This document shows, one piece after another, positions 1 to 8,158 of a DNA stretch of 64,000 nt. The position numbers and the translations under genes are program-made. This DNA comes from Polyangiaceae bacterium (lineage in GTDB: Bacteria > Myxococcota_A > Polyangia > Polyangiales > Polyangiaceae): assembly GCA_023150915.1 (NCBI GenBank), contig JAKLKA010000002.1, forward strand, positions 2,338-66,337, read 5' to 3'. Under the pieces are notes generated by a model. The model made no database searches. It saw only the letters and a program-made list of their open reading frames with translations, and was not told the origin of the DNA. Position 1 is the first letter of the stretch, and each line of letters starts with the position of its first letter.

Positions 1-161
1 CGAAAGGCCGCCTGGCTGAGCTCGGGAGCGAACTGCACCTCGCAGTCCTCGAGGGACGGGTCGACGTGCAGGGCGGGGTCCGGGGCGTGGCTGCCGCCGT
101 GGGCCGAGGCGCCGGCCGTGCTGAGCCAGGCTGCGGCAAATACTCCAGCGATCCTTCGCAT
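1..161 (-). CDS. N-terminal fragment of a secreted hypothetical protein; gene runs off the left edge of the window
   Basis: Hand translation of minus strand from ATG (cat at 159-161): MRRIAGVFAAAWLSTAGASAHGGSHAPDPALHVDPSLEDCEVQF..., signal-peptide-like start. No stop before position 1, so it is absent from the ORF track. Confidence 0.4.
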   Translation of the reverse strand, partial: MRRIAGVFAAAWLSTAGASAHGGSHAPDPALHVDPSLEDCEVQFAPELSQAAF

Positions 162-274
162 TCTCGGGTTCCTTTCGGGGTCTCTGCGGCACCGTGGGCA
201 CGCCCGCCGAGGCGGTCTGGGCCGCGCGCGACAATCTGTGTGCTCGGGGCGCCAAGGCCGCTTATCGTCTGCCC

Positions 275-1288
275 ATGTGGACCCGTGACGGCACGGTGCT
301 CACGGTGTCCAGCCGCGCGCTGGTGCAGGCCTGCGAGCGACTGGGGGTCGACACCCGAACGCTTCTCGATGGGGCAGGGGTCAGCCAGCGGACCCTCGAC
401 GACCCCGATGCCCGGCTGCACGCCAGCGCGGTCTCGGCCCTGTGGCGCAAGGCCTACGAGATGTCGGGCGACCCGGTGCTCTCACTGCACGCCGCCGAAG
501 CCTGTCCGGTGGGCGCCTACAAGGTCATCGACTTCATGGGTCACAACGCTCGCACGGTGGGCGAGGCCTTCACGCTGGCCGCGCGGTACTTCAAGCTGGT
601 CAACACCGCCGTCTCGCTGCCGATCGATGCGGCGGGCGATCCCGTCGTCTTCGGAATCGTCGACGAGACCAGCCCCGAGGGGGTGTCGCGCCAGTACGCC
701 GAGTATTGTTTCGCGACCTTCTTCCTTCACATCCGCGCGACCACGGGTGTGCCGTTCAGGCTTCAGCGCGTGCAGCTCACTCACCTTCGCCCGGTCGACA
801 TCGCGGAGCACGAACGGATCTTCGGTTGCCCGATCGATTTCGGCGCGCGCCGGACGTGCATGCTCGTCGCTCGCAACGCCTGGGATGCGCCCGCAAAGAG
901 CCCGCATGTCGGGCTGCTCGAGGTGCTCTCGCAGCACGCCGACCTCTTGCTCGAGCGCCTCCCCAAGGGCCCCGGGCTGGTGGAACGCACGCGCAGTGCC
1001 ATCAACCGCCAGCTCCGCGGCGGCGATCCTTCGCTCGAGCCGGTGGCCGCCGAGCTGGCCCTGACGCCGCGCACGCTCCAGCGACACCTGCGCGAGCTCG
1101 GCTACTCGTTCCACACGCTGCTCGACGAGGTCCGCCAGGGTGCCGCGGGGCTGTATCTGCAGCAGCCCGACATCGCCATCGCCGAGGTTGCCTACCTGCT
1201 CGGCTTCTCGGACCAGAGCACCTTCAACCGTGCATTCAAGCGGTGGTACGGCGTCACCCCCAAGCAATACCGAACCCGCGCCGCCTGA
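275..1288 (+). CDS. AraC-family transcriptional regulator
   Basis: ORF 194..1288; ATG 275 (MWTRDG) preferred. C-terminal AraC HTH IAEVAYLLGFSDQSTFNRAFKRWYGVTPKQYR with an N-terminal effector-binding-like domain. Confidence 0.85.
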   Translation: MWTRDGTVLTVSSRALVQACERLGVDTRTLLDGAGVSQRTLDDPDARLHASAVSALWRKAYEMSGDPVLSLHAAEACPVGAYKVIDFMGHNARTVGEAFTLAARYFKLVNTAVSLPIDAAGDPVVFGIVDETSPEGVSRQYAEYCFATFFLHIRATTGVPFRLQRVQLTHLRPVDIAEHERIFGCPIDFGARRTCMLVARNAWDAPAKSPHVGLLEVLSQHADLLLERLPKGPGLVERTRSAINRQLRGGDPSLEPVAAELALTPRTLQRHLRELGYSFHTLLDEVRQGAAGLYLQQPDIAIAEVAYLLGFSDQSTFNRAFKRWYGVTPKQYRTRAA

Positions 1289-1337
1289 CCGGGGGCGAAC
1301 GTCCGCCGCTCGTGGGGGGGCTTCCGTTTCCCGGGCG

Positions 1338-1497
1338 GTGCCCGCCGACGATCTCGCGAACATGTTCCAGTACGAGCGGGACTTCGAGAACGAGTACTGC
1401 GGCGCGCAGCATCGAGTTCTCGCGTTCGGTGAATCCCGAGCTGCAGAGCTTTGCGCAGTGGCTCGAGCGCAACGGCTCGCGCATCGCGCTGAGCTGA
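1338..1497 (+). pseudogene. 3' remnant of an NmrA-like family gene, frameshifted
   Basis: Two frames join near 1410: ...DDLANMFQYERDFENEYCGAQ then SIEFSRSVNPELQSFAQWLERNGSRIALS*. Together these resemble the C-terminal ~50 aa of NmrA-like proteins (recalled pattern DLANMFRFY...LNP...QWL). There is no room for the ~250-aa N-terminal part after the AraC stop at 1288. Confidence 0.45.
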
Positions 1498-1542
1498 CGC
1501 CTCGGGCGCCGCTGCGCCCCCCTCCCCCCGTCGCCCTTCCGC

Positions 1543-1959
1543 TCAGCGCGTCGCGCCGAGGTGCGCCCGCAGATCGGCGTCGGCTGTCTGCTCGTGATCG
1601 TGGAACCAGTTCTCGAGCTGTTCCGCCACCACGGGGGCCAAGCCCTTGTTGCCGTCGACGCATTCGGCCCGCACGCTCTCGATGTGCCGCAAGAACTTGC
1701 GGTGTCCCTCCCGGTGGTCCTCGGTGTGCGGGTAGTCGTCACGCTCCATCGCGTACTCTTCGGCGGCGAAGTGCTGGCGAAGGTCCTCGATCAGCGCCCC
1801 GAGCAGACTGCAGACCCCGCGCGGATCGCCGCCGGCGCGGGCGGCACGCTTCAGCTGCGCCAGGGCCGTGGCGAGCTGGCTGTGCTGGACGGACGGGTCG
1901 TCGGGAAACGTGGGGCGATCTTCTCCGTGGTCGTCTTCCAGCATCGGTTCGGCACCCAT
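1543..1959 (-). CDS. Hemerythrin-like metal-binding domain protein
   Basis: ORF 1543..1983; ATG at 1959 preceded by GAGGG. His/Glu/Asp ligand pattern HFAAEEYAME...HTEDHREGHRKFLRHIE...WFHDHEQTADADL. Confidence 0.8.
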   Translation of the reverse strand: MGAEPMLEDDHGEDRPTFPDDPSVQHSQLATALAQLKRAARAGGDPRGVCSLLGALIEDLRQHFAAEEYAMERDDYPHTEDHREGHRKFLRHIESVRAECVDGNKGLAPVVAEQLENWFHDHEQTADADLRAHLGATR

Positions 1960-1996
1960 GCCACGACCCTCGGGTCGGGACAACCTGCCCCGCCTG

Positions 1997-4006
1997 CTAG
2001 GAAGAGTAGCTGGTGTTCTCCAGCAAGATCACGTTCGTGCGGCTGCGGGTCTCGCCGGCGTTGGTCACGTAGACTGCCGGCTTGTCGACGATCGGGCAAA
2101 CCTTCTCGCAGGCGCCGCAGCCGATGCACAACGTCGGATCCACGTGGGGGCGCTGCACCTTGATGGTGGTCATCTTCGCGTGCTCGCCCCCCGCCTCGTA
2201 CTTGCTCTCGCGCTTCGGGATCTCGACGTCTTCGGCCCAGATCGCTTTGGGTGAGGTGGGGCAGAACTCTTCGCACACGATGCAGGGCGTGGCCATGGCC
2301 CAGGGCAGGCAGCGGCCCTGGTCGTACATCGCGGTGCCCATGCTGATCGGCTTCTGGCCGATGCCCATCTTCTGCTTCTCGTCGATCTTCTGGATGGCGC
2401 CGGTGGGGCACACCTGACCGCAGAGCACGCAGCTGAACTCGCAATAGCCGATGCGCGGCACCAAGATCGGCGTCCACAGGCCCTCGATCCCAGCCTCGAA
2501 CAGGGCGGGGTGCAGGGCGTTGTTCGGGCACACCTTCATGCACTCTGCGCAGCGGATGCAGCGCTCGAGGAAATCGCGCTCTTCCACCGCCCCCGGCGGG
2601 CGAATCACCTTCTCGCTGTAGGCGCGGTCGGGCCAGTTGGCGATGCGCATCGCCGGGATGGCCACGGCGCCCGCCGCGGTGCTGGCCAGCAGGGTGCGGC
2701 GCTGGAGGTCGGGCTTGACGATCTCGCTCTTGCGGTTCGGTAGGAACTTGAACTTGATGACGTCTTCCGGGCACGCCGCCTCGCAGTTGAAGCACACGAA
2801 GCACTCGTCTTGGCGGTGTTTCACCCCGCCCTGCGGGCTGTCGGCGCCCTGGCAGTTCACCAGGCACAGGTTGCAGTCCGTGCACTTCGCGTGGTCCTTC
2901 TCCATGCCGAAGATGGCGAAGCGAGACAGCATGCCCAAGAACGCGCCGAGCGGGCAGAGCGCCCGACACCAGAACCGCGGGATGATGCGGTTCATGAACA
3001 GCACGGCGACCAGCAAGAAGACGATGAACCAGGTCTGGTGGAAGTAGGCCTGGTTCGCCGTCCAGACCGTCTGCGAGAAGAAGTCTTGCGCGCCGTCGCT
3101 GGCGGTTTGCACCGCGCGCACGTTCGAGTCGGCGGCGACGGTGGCGCCACGAATACCCAGGTATTGCAGCGCCGGCACCACGCCCAGGCCAATGGCGCGC
3201 ACGGCGACGCAGATCGGATCGAACAGCCCGCCGACGGCGCTGCCCGCGGCCGCCGCCCCCAAGAACCCCCACATCAGGTAGAACTTGCCGCGCTGCCAGC
3301 CCTGGGTCTTGTTGGTCTCGACGCGCTTGTTCCCCTTGAGATACCTGCTGGGGAAGATCCAACCGAAGAAGTGGTGCAGCGTGCCGAAGGGGCAGATGAA
3401 GCCGCAGAACACGCGGCCGAACAGCAGCGTGAGCGCCAGGATCACCACCGCCCAAGCGAGACCCCGATAGACCGTGTGGGTCGAGAGCAGAGTCATCACC
3501 GCGACGAACGGGTCGGCGAGCAAGAACGCTTCGACCGGCAACGGCAGCCGAATGGCCTTGCCCGCCTCGGCGCTGAACGTTCCGCGGAACGCCGTCTGGA
3601 ACAGGAACCAGAGGAAGATGCTCAGGAACAGCGCCTGACTCACCACGCGCGCCTTCGCCAGGAAGCGGATCACCTTGCGTGCGGGGATGCCCGACCCGGG
3701 CAGCCTGCGGGGCCCGAAGCGCTTCTTCCACCACCTGGCGAGCTTGGACGGCGGCGGGGGCTTGGTGGGGGCAGGGGGCGCGCTGGCGCCCTGGCCGCCG
3801 CCGGCCCCGCTGCCGGCAGGGGACGACGGCTCGGTCTCGGCGCTGGCGGCGGTGCCGCTCGCGCAGCCGCACGCCCCCGATCCGCAACCGCCCTTCGGCG
3901 CGGGGGCCTTGCGGTCCAGCGGCTCGACGCGACCGGCGGCCCCGAGCCAGGGGATGGGCTGCGGAAGCTCGGGTGCGCCGGGGTGCGGGTGCGGCTCTCC
4001 GGCCAC
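1997..4006 (-). CDS. Membrane polyferredoxin (NapH/NosR-like 4Fe-4S binding protein)
   Basis: TM segments with CGFICPFGTLHHF and CRALCPLG motifs. Multiple CxxCxxCxxxCP clusters (CIRCAECMKVCP, CVLCGQVCP, CIVCEEFCP, CIGCGACEKVCP). GTG start directly follows the upstream TGA. Confidence 0.85.
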   Translation of the reverse strand: MAGEPHPHPGAPELPQPIPWLGAAGRVEPLDRKAPAPKGGCGSGACGCASGTAASAETEPSSPAGSGAGGGQGASAPPAPTKPPPPSKLARWWKKRFGPRRLPGSGIPARKVIRFLAKARVVSQALFLSIFLWFLFQTAFRGTFSAEAGKAIRLPLPVEAFLLADPFVAVMTLLSTHTVYRGLAWAVVILALTLLFGRVFCGFICPFGTLHHFFGWIFPSRYLKGNKRVETNKTQGWQRGKFYLMWGFLGAAAAGSAVGGLFDPICVAVRAIGLGVVPALQYLGIRGATVAADSNVRAVQTASDGAQDFFSQTVWTANQAYFHQTWFIVFLLVAVLFMNRIIPRFWCRALCPLGAFLGMLSRFAIFGMEKDHAKCTDCNLCLVNCQGADSPQGGVKHRQDECFVCFNCEAACPEDVIKFKFLPNRKSEIVKPDLQRRTLLASTAAGAVAIPAMRIANWPDRAYSEKVIRPPGAVEERDFLERCIRCAECMKVCPNNALHPALFEAGIEGLWTPILVPRIGYCEFSCVLCGQVCPTGAIQKIDEKQKMGIGQKPISMGTAMYDQGRCLPWAMATPCIVCEEFCPTSPKAIWAEDVEIPKRESKYEAGGEHAKMTTIKVQRPHVDPTLCIGCGACEKVCPIVDKPAVYVTNAGETRSRTNVILLENTSYSS

Positions 4007-4969
4007 TCAGACCTCCACGCGGGGGATTTGCTCCCAGCTCACCTTCCCGAGCCCGCGCTCTTCGCCCAGGGCAAGGTACTTCACGTTCGCCGGCTTCTCG
4101 CCGATCAGCGTGGCGCCATACGCGTCCACCGCGACCTGATCGAGGCTGGCGATGACCTGGTGCAGATCCTTCGCGTCGTCGATGTTGCCGCCCTGCGGGC
4201 CGTTGCGCAGAAGGACGCGCGTGGCGTCGAGCACGGTGAGCGTGGGCCGCATGAAGGTGGCCAGATCGGCGATCGAGACGTCGATGTTCTGATGCAGGCG
4301 GTTACGGCGGCCCCCGAGCAGGCCGTACCAGTTCTTCATCGCGCCGGTGTACTTCGACAGGTTGTGGTGCTTGGCCACTGGCACGTTGATCACCTTGTCG
4401 GCGTTCACCAGTGGGGTGTACACCGGCCAAAGGTCGAGCACGTCGCCTTTCATGCGCAGCTCGCGGAAGCGGTGCGCCGCCGGCAAGATGACGGTGGCGC
4501 CCACGGCGTGCGTCGCGCGCCAGATCCCCGAACGCTGGAAGCAGCGGTTCGGCTCGTTGCACGAGGCATCGGTGACCACCACCCGCGCCGCGCCGGCGTC
4601 CAGGCACAGCTTGACCAGCTCGGCCACCACCACCGGGTTGGTGTTGGCGGCGTGGACCGGCATCCGATCCCAGCCGATGTTGGGCTTGATGGCCACCACG
4701 TCGCCGCGCGCGACGAACCGCGACATGCCACCCAGACCCTGGACCGCCTTGCGGGTCAGGTCCGCGGCGTCGGTCGAGCTCTTGGCGATGGCCATCACCG
4801 GCCCCGCGCCCGCCTTCAGGCCGAAGTCGCGCACCTGGCGCTCGGCCTCGAGCCGGGTCACGTCGAAGCCCCCCGGATCCCAGGTCAGCCTCGCTGCCAA
4901 GGCCGACCCGCCCAGCGCGGCGGTCGCCGCGCCGATTCGCCCAAGGGCTTCGCGGCGCGAGAGAGACAT
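4007..4969 (-). CDS. DUF362 domain protein with twin-arginine (Tat) signal
   Basis: ORF 4007..5440 trimmed to ATG 4969: MSLSRREALGRIGAATAALGG (RR motif). DUF362-like VAIKPNIGW...NTNPVVVAELVKL...VPVAKHHNLSKYTGAMKNWYG. Confidence 0.8.
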   Translation of the reverse strand: MSLSRREALGRIGAATAALGGSALAARLTWDPGGFDVTRLEAERQVRDFGLKAGAGPVMAIAKSSTDAADLTRKAVQGLGGMSRFVARGDVVAIKPNIGWDRMPVHAANTNPVVVAELVKLCLDAGAARVVVTDASCNEPNRCFQRSGIWRATHAVGATVILPAAHRFRELRMKGDVLDLWPVYTPLVNADKVINVPVAKHHNLSKYTGAMKNWYGLLGGRRNRLHQNIDVSIADLATFMRPTLTVLDATRVLLRNGPQGGNIDDAKDLHQVIASLDQVAVDAYGATLIGEKPANVKYLALGEERGLGKVSWEQIPRVEV

Positions 4970-4993
4970 GACAGGCGGGGTATGGGCCAGATC

Positions 4994-5006
4994 TGACGTA
5001 ACGTCA
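4994..5006. promoter_or_regulatory. Perfect 13-bp palindrome TGACGTAACGTCA in the divergent DUF362/rpmE intergenic region
   Basis: Read directly; sits in an unusually AT-rich patch (4990-5050) of a GC-rich genome, 25 nt upstream of the DUF362 start. Confidence 0.35.
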
Positions 5007-5058
5007 AATTTGCAAACCCGGAACCTAACGTAACGTAATGGCTTTTCTTTTCCGGCGG

Positions 5059-5078
5059 TTCCGGAGCCTGCTCCGGAA
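5059..5078. promoter_or_regulatory. Inverted repeat TTCCGGAGC-ct-GCTCCGGAA upstream of rpmE
   Basis: Perfect 9-bp arms with a 2-nt spacer, read directly, about 60 nt upstream of the rpmE ATG. Confidence 0.3.
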
Positions 5079-5140
5079 CGGGGTCCGTTCACCTGGAGCT
5101 TGAACGGCGCGGGCTGGGGCGCTAGGGTCCGCGCCCCGCT

Positions 5141-5344
5141 ATGAAAGACGGCATCCACCCCGAGTACAACGTCCTCACCGTGACCTGCGCCTGTGGGAAC
5201 ACGTTTCAGACGCGCTCGACGGCGAAGGAGCTCGCCGTCGACGTCTGCGGCGCGTGCCACCCGTTCTACACCGGCAAGCAGCGCTTGATGGACACCGCCG
5301 GTCGCGTCGATCGCTTCCGGAAGCGCTACGCGAAGACCGCGTGA
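5141..5344 (+). CDS. rpmE: 50S ribosomal protein L31 (zinc-binding Cys-containing form)
   Basis: [27 protein letters not shown]...[16 protein letters not shown]; classic L31 sequence with CxC...CxxC. Confidence 0.95.
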   Translation: MKDGIHPEYNVLTVTCACGNTFQTRSTAKELAVDVCGACHPFYTGKQRLMDTAGRVDRFRKRYAKTA

Positions 5345-5439
5345 GCCCGGCGGCTGTCCGCCCCCAGCCTGCGGAACGGTCTCCGCGCTCGCGCACGGTT
5401 CACTGTCCGTTGCGTCTGCCGACGCTATATTGAAGGCCA

Positions 5440-6552
5440 ATGAACCAGCCCCAGGTCGTCGGTCGCGATGGAGTTGCTCGCCCTTACATCGGTGGGCAAG
5501 CGCTGATCGAGGGTGTGATGATGCGCTCGCCGCACTCGTACGCAGCAGTGGTGCGGCGGCGCAACGGCGCGCTGATGGTCCGTGAAGAGACCATGGCCGA
5601 CCCGCGCGTGGGCGCGAAGGGCTGGCCGCTGATCCGCGGGATCACCACCCTGGTCGAGGCGCTGAAGCTCGGCAGTCGCTGCCTGCGCTTCAGTGCCGAG
5701 CTGTACGAGCAAGACATGGAGGCGGAAGAGAAGGCCAAGAAGGCCGGGCCCAGCACCCTGGCGCTCTTGTCGCTGCCGATCATCGCGCTCGCGACCCAAG
5801 AGCCCGACTCGCCCCCGCCGCCCATGGGCAAAGAGGGCGGCGCCGGCAAGTCGCTGTTCACCCTGCTCACCATCGTGTTCGCGCTGGGGCTGTTCGTGGC
5901 CCTGCCGCAGGCCTTTGCGGCGGGCACCAGCCGGGTGTTCGACCTGAACCTGGACGTGCGCGATCCGCGCTTCCAGGTGCTGACCGGCGCCGCCAAGCTG
6001 GTGATCGTGATCGGCTACATGCTGGTGATCCGGCGCATGCCCGAGATTTACCGCGTGTTTCAGTACCACGGTGCCGAGCACAAGGCGATCCACGCGTACG
6101 AGGCGGGGGAGGATTTGGCGGTGGAAAACGCCCGCTCGAAGACCACGCTTCACCCGCGCTGCGGCACCACCTTCTTGGTCATGGTCGCGCTGGTGTCGAT
6201 CCTGATCTTCAGCGCCATCGGCCCGCTGCTGCCCCAGCTGGGCCTGGGCAAGCTCGCCGACAACGTCGTCTTCTTCCTGATGAAGCTGCCGTTCTTGCCG
6301 ATCATTGCCGCCATCACCTTCGAGATCCAGCGGGCTTTGGCGCGCTGGGGCAAGGGCCCGCTGCAGCTGCTCTTGTACCCGGGCTTCTTGGTTCAGAAGA
6401 TCACCACCATCGAGCCCGACGACTCGCAGCTCGAGGTGGCGCTGGCGGCGCTGCGCAGCGCCTTGGTGCGAGAACAGACCGGGCACCAGGCCGACGGCGA
6501 CTCGACCTTCGCGGGTTACGACGCGCTCCGAGAAGCGCGACCGGCTGCCTGA
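5440..6552 (+). CDS. DUF1385 domain membrane protein (conserved neighbour of rpmE/prfA)
   Basis: IGGQALIEGVMMR...QYHGAEHKAIHAYE...HPRCGTTFL motifs and TM segments; rpmE-DUF1385-prfA synteny. Confidence 0.8.
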   Translation: MNQPQVVGRDGVARPYIGGQALIEGVMMRSPHSYAAVVRRRNGALMVREETMADPRVGAKGWPLIRGITTLVEALKLGSRCLRFSAELYEQDMEAEEKAKKAGPSTLALLSLPIIALATQEPDSPPPPMGKEGGAGKSLFTLLTIVFALGLFVALPQAFAAGTSRVFDLNLDVRDPRFQVLTGAAKLVIVIGYMLVIRRMPEIYRVFQYHGAEHKAIHAYEAGEDLAVENARSKTTLHPRCGTTFLVMVALVSILIFSAIGPLLPQLGLGKLADNVVFFLMKLPFLPIIAAITFEIQRALARWGKGPLQLLLYPGFLVQKITTIEPDDSQLEVALAALRSALVREQTGHQADGDSTFAGYDALREARPAA

Positions 6553-6553
6553 C

Positions 6554-7624
6554 GTGTTGCCCATCGAGAAGCTCGAGGCGGTCCACCGCCGCCACCAGGA
6601 GATCGAGCAGCTCTTGTGCGAGCCCGCGACCCTGTCCGAGCCAGCGCGCCTCCTCGCGCTCAATCGCGAACGCGCGCAGATCCAGCCGGTGGTGGCCGCA
6701 TTCGGCGAGTGGCGGGCCCTCGACCGGCAGATCCGCGAAGACCAAGAGGCGCTGGACGACCCCGAGCTGGGGCCGATGGTGCGCGAAGAGCTGCCCGGCC
6801 TGGAAGAGAAGCGCGCCGCGCTGGAGAGGCAGCTGCGCATCCTGCTTTTGCCCCAAGACCCCAGCGACGACAAGAACACCCTGCTCGAGATCCGGGCCGG
6901 AACCGGCGGCGAAGAGGCCGCGTTGTTCGCGGCCGATCTGCTCCGCATGTACTCGCGTTACGCCGAGCAGAAGGGCTGGCGGGTCGAGCTCTTGTCCCAG
7001 AGCGAGGCCAGCGCCGGCGGGGTCAAAGAGGTGATCTTGCTGATCACGGGAAACCGCGTGTACTCGAACCTGAAGTACGAAGGCGGCGTTCACCGCGTGC
7101 AGCGCGTGCCCGCCACCGAGGCTCAGGGGCGCATCCACACGTCCACGGCCACCGTGGCCGTCTTGCCCGAAGCCGACGACGTGGACGTGACCATCGACGA
7201 GAAGGACCTGCGCTTCGACATTGCCGCTTCGGGGGGCCCCGGGGGCCAGGGCGTGAACACCACCAACAGCGCCGTGCAAATCACCCACCTGCCGACCGGC
7301 ATGATCGTGAAGTGCCAAGACGAGCGTAGCCAGCTCAAGAACAAGAGCAAGGCGCTGAAGATCCTGAAGAGTCGTCTGCTCGACATCGAACAGCAGAAGC
7401 AAGACGACGCCCTGCGCGACGAGCGCCGCGGCATGGTCAAGAGCGGGGAGCGGTCGGAGAAGATTCGCACCTACAACTTCCCCCAGAACCGGCTGACCGA
7501 TCACCGCATCGGGCTCACGCTCTATCAGCTCGAGCGCGTGATGGAGGGCGACCTGGGCGAGCTCACGGACGCGCTGGTCGCCTTTCATCAGGCGGCCGAG
7601 CTCGAGCGGCAAGGTCTGGACTGA
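6554..7624 (+). CDS. prfA: Peptide chain release factor 1
   Basis: ORF 6305..7624 trimmed to GTG 6554, just after the upstream stop. RF1 PAT tripeptide (RVPATE), GGQ motif (SGGPGGQGVNTT), DERSQLKNK. Confidence 0.93.
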   Translation: MLPIEKLEAVHRRHQEIEQLLCEPATLSEPARLLALNRERAQIQPVVAAFGEWRALDRQIREDQEALDDPELGPMVREELPGLEEKRAALERQLRILLLPQDPSDDKNTLLEIRAGTGGEEAALFAADLLRMYSRYAEQKGWRVELLSQSEASAGGVKEVILLITGNRVYSNLKYEGGVHRVQRVPATEAQGRIHTSTATVAVLPEADDVDVTIDEKDLRFDIAASGGPGGQGVNTTNSAVQITHLPTGMIVKCQDERSQLKNKSKALKILKSRLLDIEQQKQDDALRDERRGMVKSGERSEKIRTYNFPQNRLTDHRIGLTLYQLERVMEGDLGELTDALVAFHQAAELERQGLD

Positions 7625-7768
7625 ACAAAGTCAAGGGCGCGCCGCCGCCGCAATGATGGATTGCCGCGACGCATTTTCGCTCGACCTGCTCCGGCATCGC
7701 GGCGAACATGTGCGGGCGTGGCTCAGGCTCAGCACACGTCGGATCGCCCCGGGGGTCGCCCGCTCGAC

Positions 7769-8158
7769 ATGGACGGCCTGCTGTGCGCGCTGGTGCTGGT
7801 CCCGCCCAGCTTCAGCCGCAACCGGTTCTTCGGCATGTTTCAGGATCCGGCGGTGAACAAGGTGCGGCGGCGCGCGGCGCGCGTGCGCGGGATCATCCGC
7901 CAGCTGCTGGGGCAAGGCCGCCAGAAGGCGGAGCTCACCGGCGAGGCGGTGCTCGACGACGGCCAGGTGCTGCTGCGCTTTCGCGTGGTGGGCATGTCGT
8001 ACGATCGAACCGCGGCCCTGACCCAGCTGGAAGCAGCGGCGCTGCGCTACGCGTTGCATCGCGCAGGGGCCGGCGCTCTGGAAGACGCCGACAAGCGCCT
8101 GGTCGAAGAGGCGCTCACCCGGCTGGGTGGCGTGGCACTGGGCTCAGGTCGCAGCTGA
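7769..8158 (+). CDS. Hypothetical protein
   Basis: ORF 7661..8158 trimmed to ATG 7769 (MDGLLCALV); strong GC3 bias; no recognisable motif. Confidence 0.5.
   Translation: MDGLLCALVLVPPSFSRNRFFGMFQDPAVNKVRRRAARVRGIIRQLLGQGRQKAELTGEAVLDDGQVLLRFRVVGMSYDRTAALTQLEAAALRYALHRAGAGALEDADKRLVEEALTRLGGVALGSGRS

Noticed and set aside
1851-3887. Very long ORFs antisense to, or out of frame with, annotated genes (e.g. 1851..3887, 2810..4996, 15587..17884, 18834..20762, 41513..43273, 44297..47092, 54107..55930, 55801..57852, 59187..61067, 61432..63087)
   Set aside because: Their translations are Arg/Gly/Pro/Ala-rich with no motifs, and they lie opposite frames that carry clear protein signatures and high GC3. 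Stop-poor non-coding frames are expected in a genome of about 70% GC.
7625-7768. Expected prmC (hemK) after prfA, and possible small RNA in the gap
   Set aside because: The downstream gene is an unrelated hypothetical protein. prmC is simply not adjacent here, and the gap shows no tRNA-like or structured-RNA signature that I can recognise.
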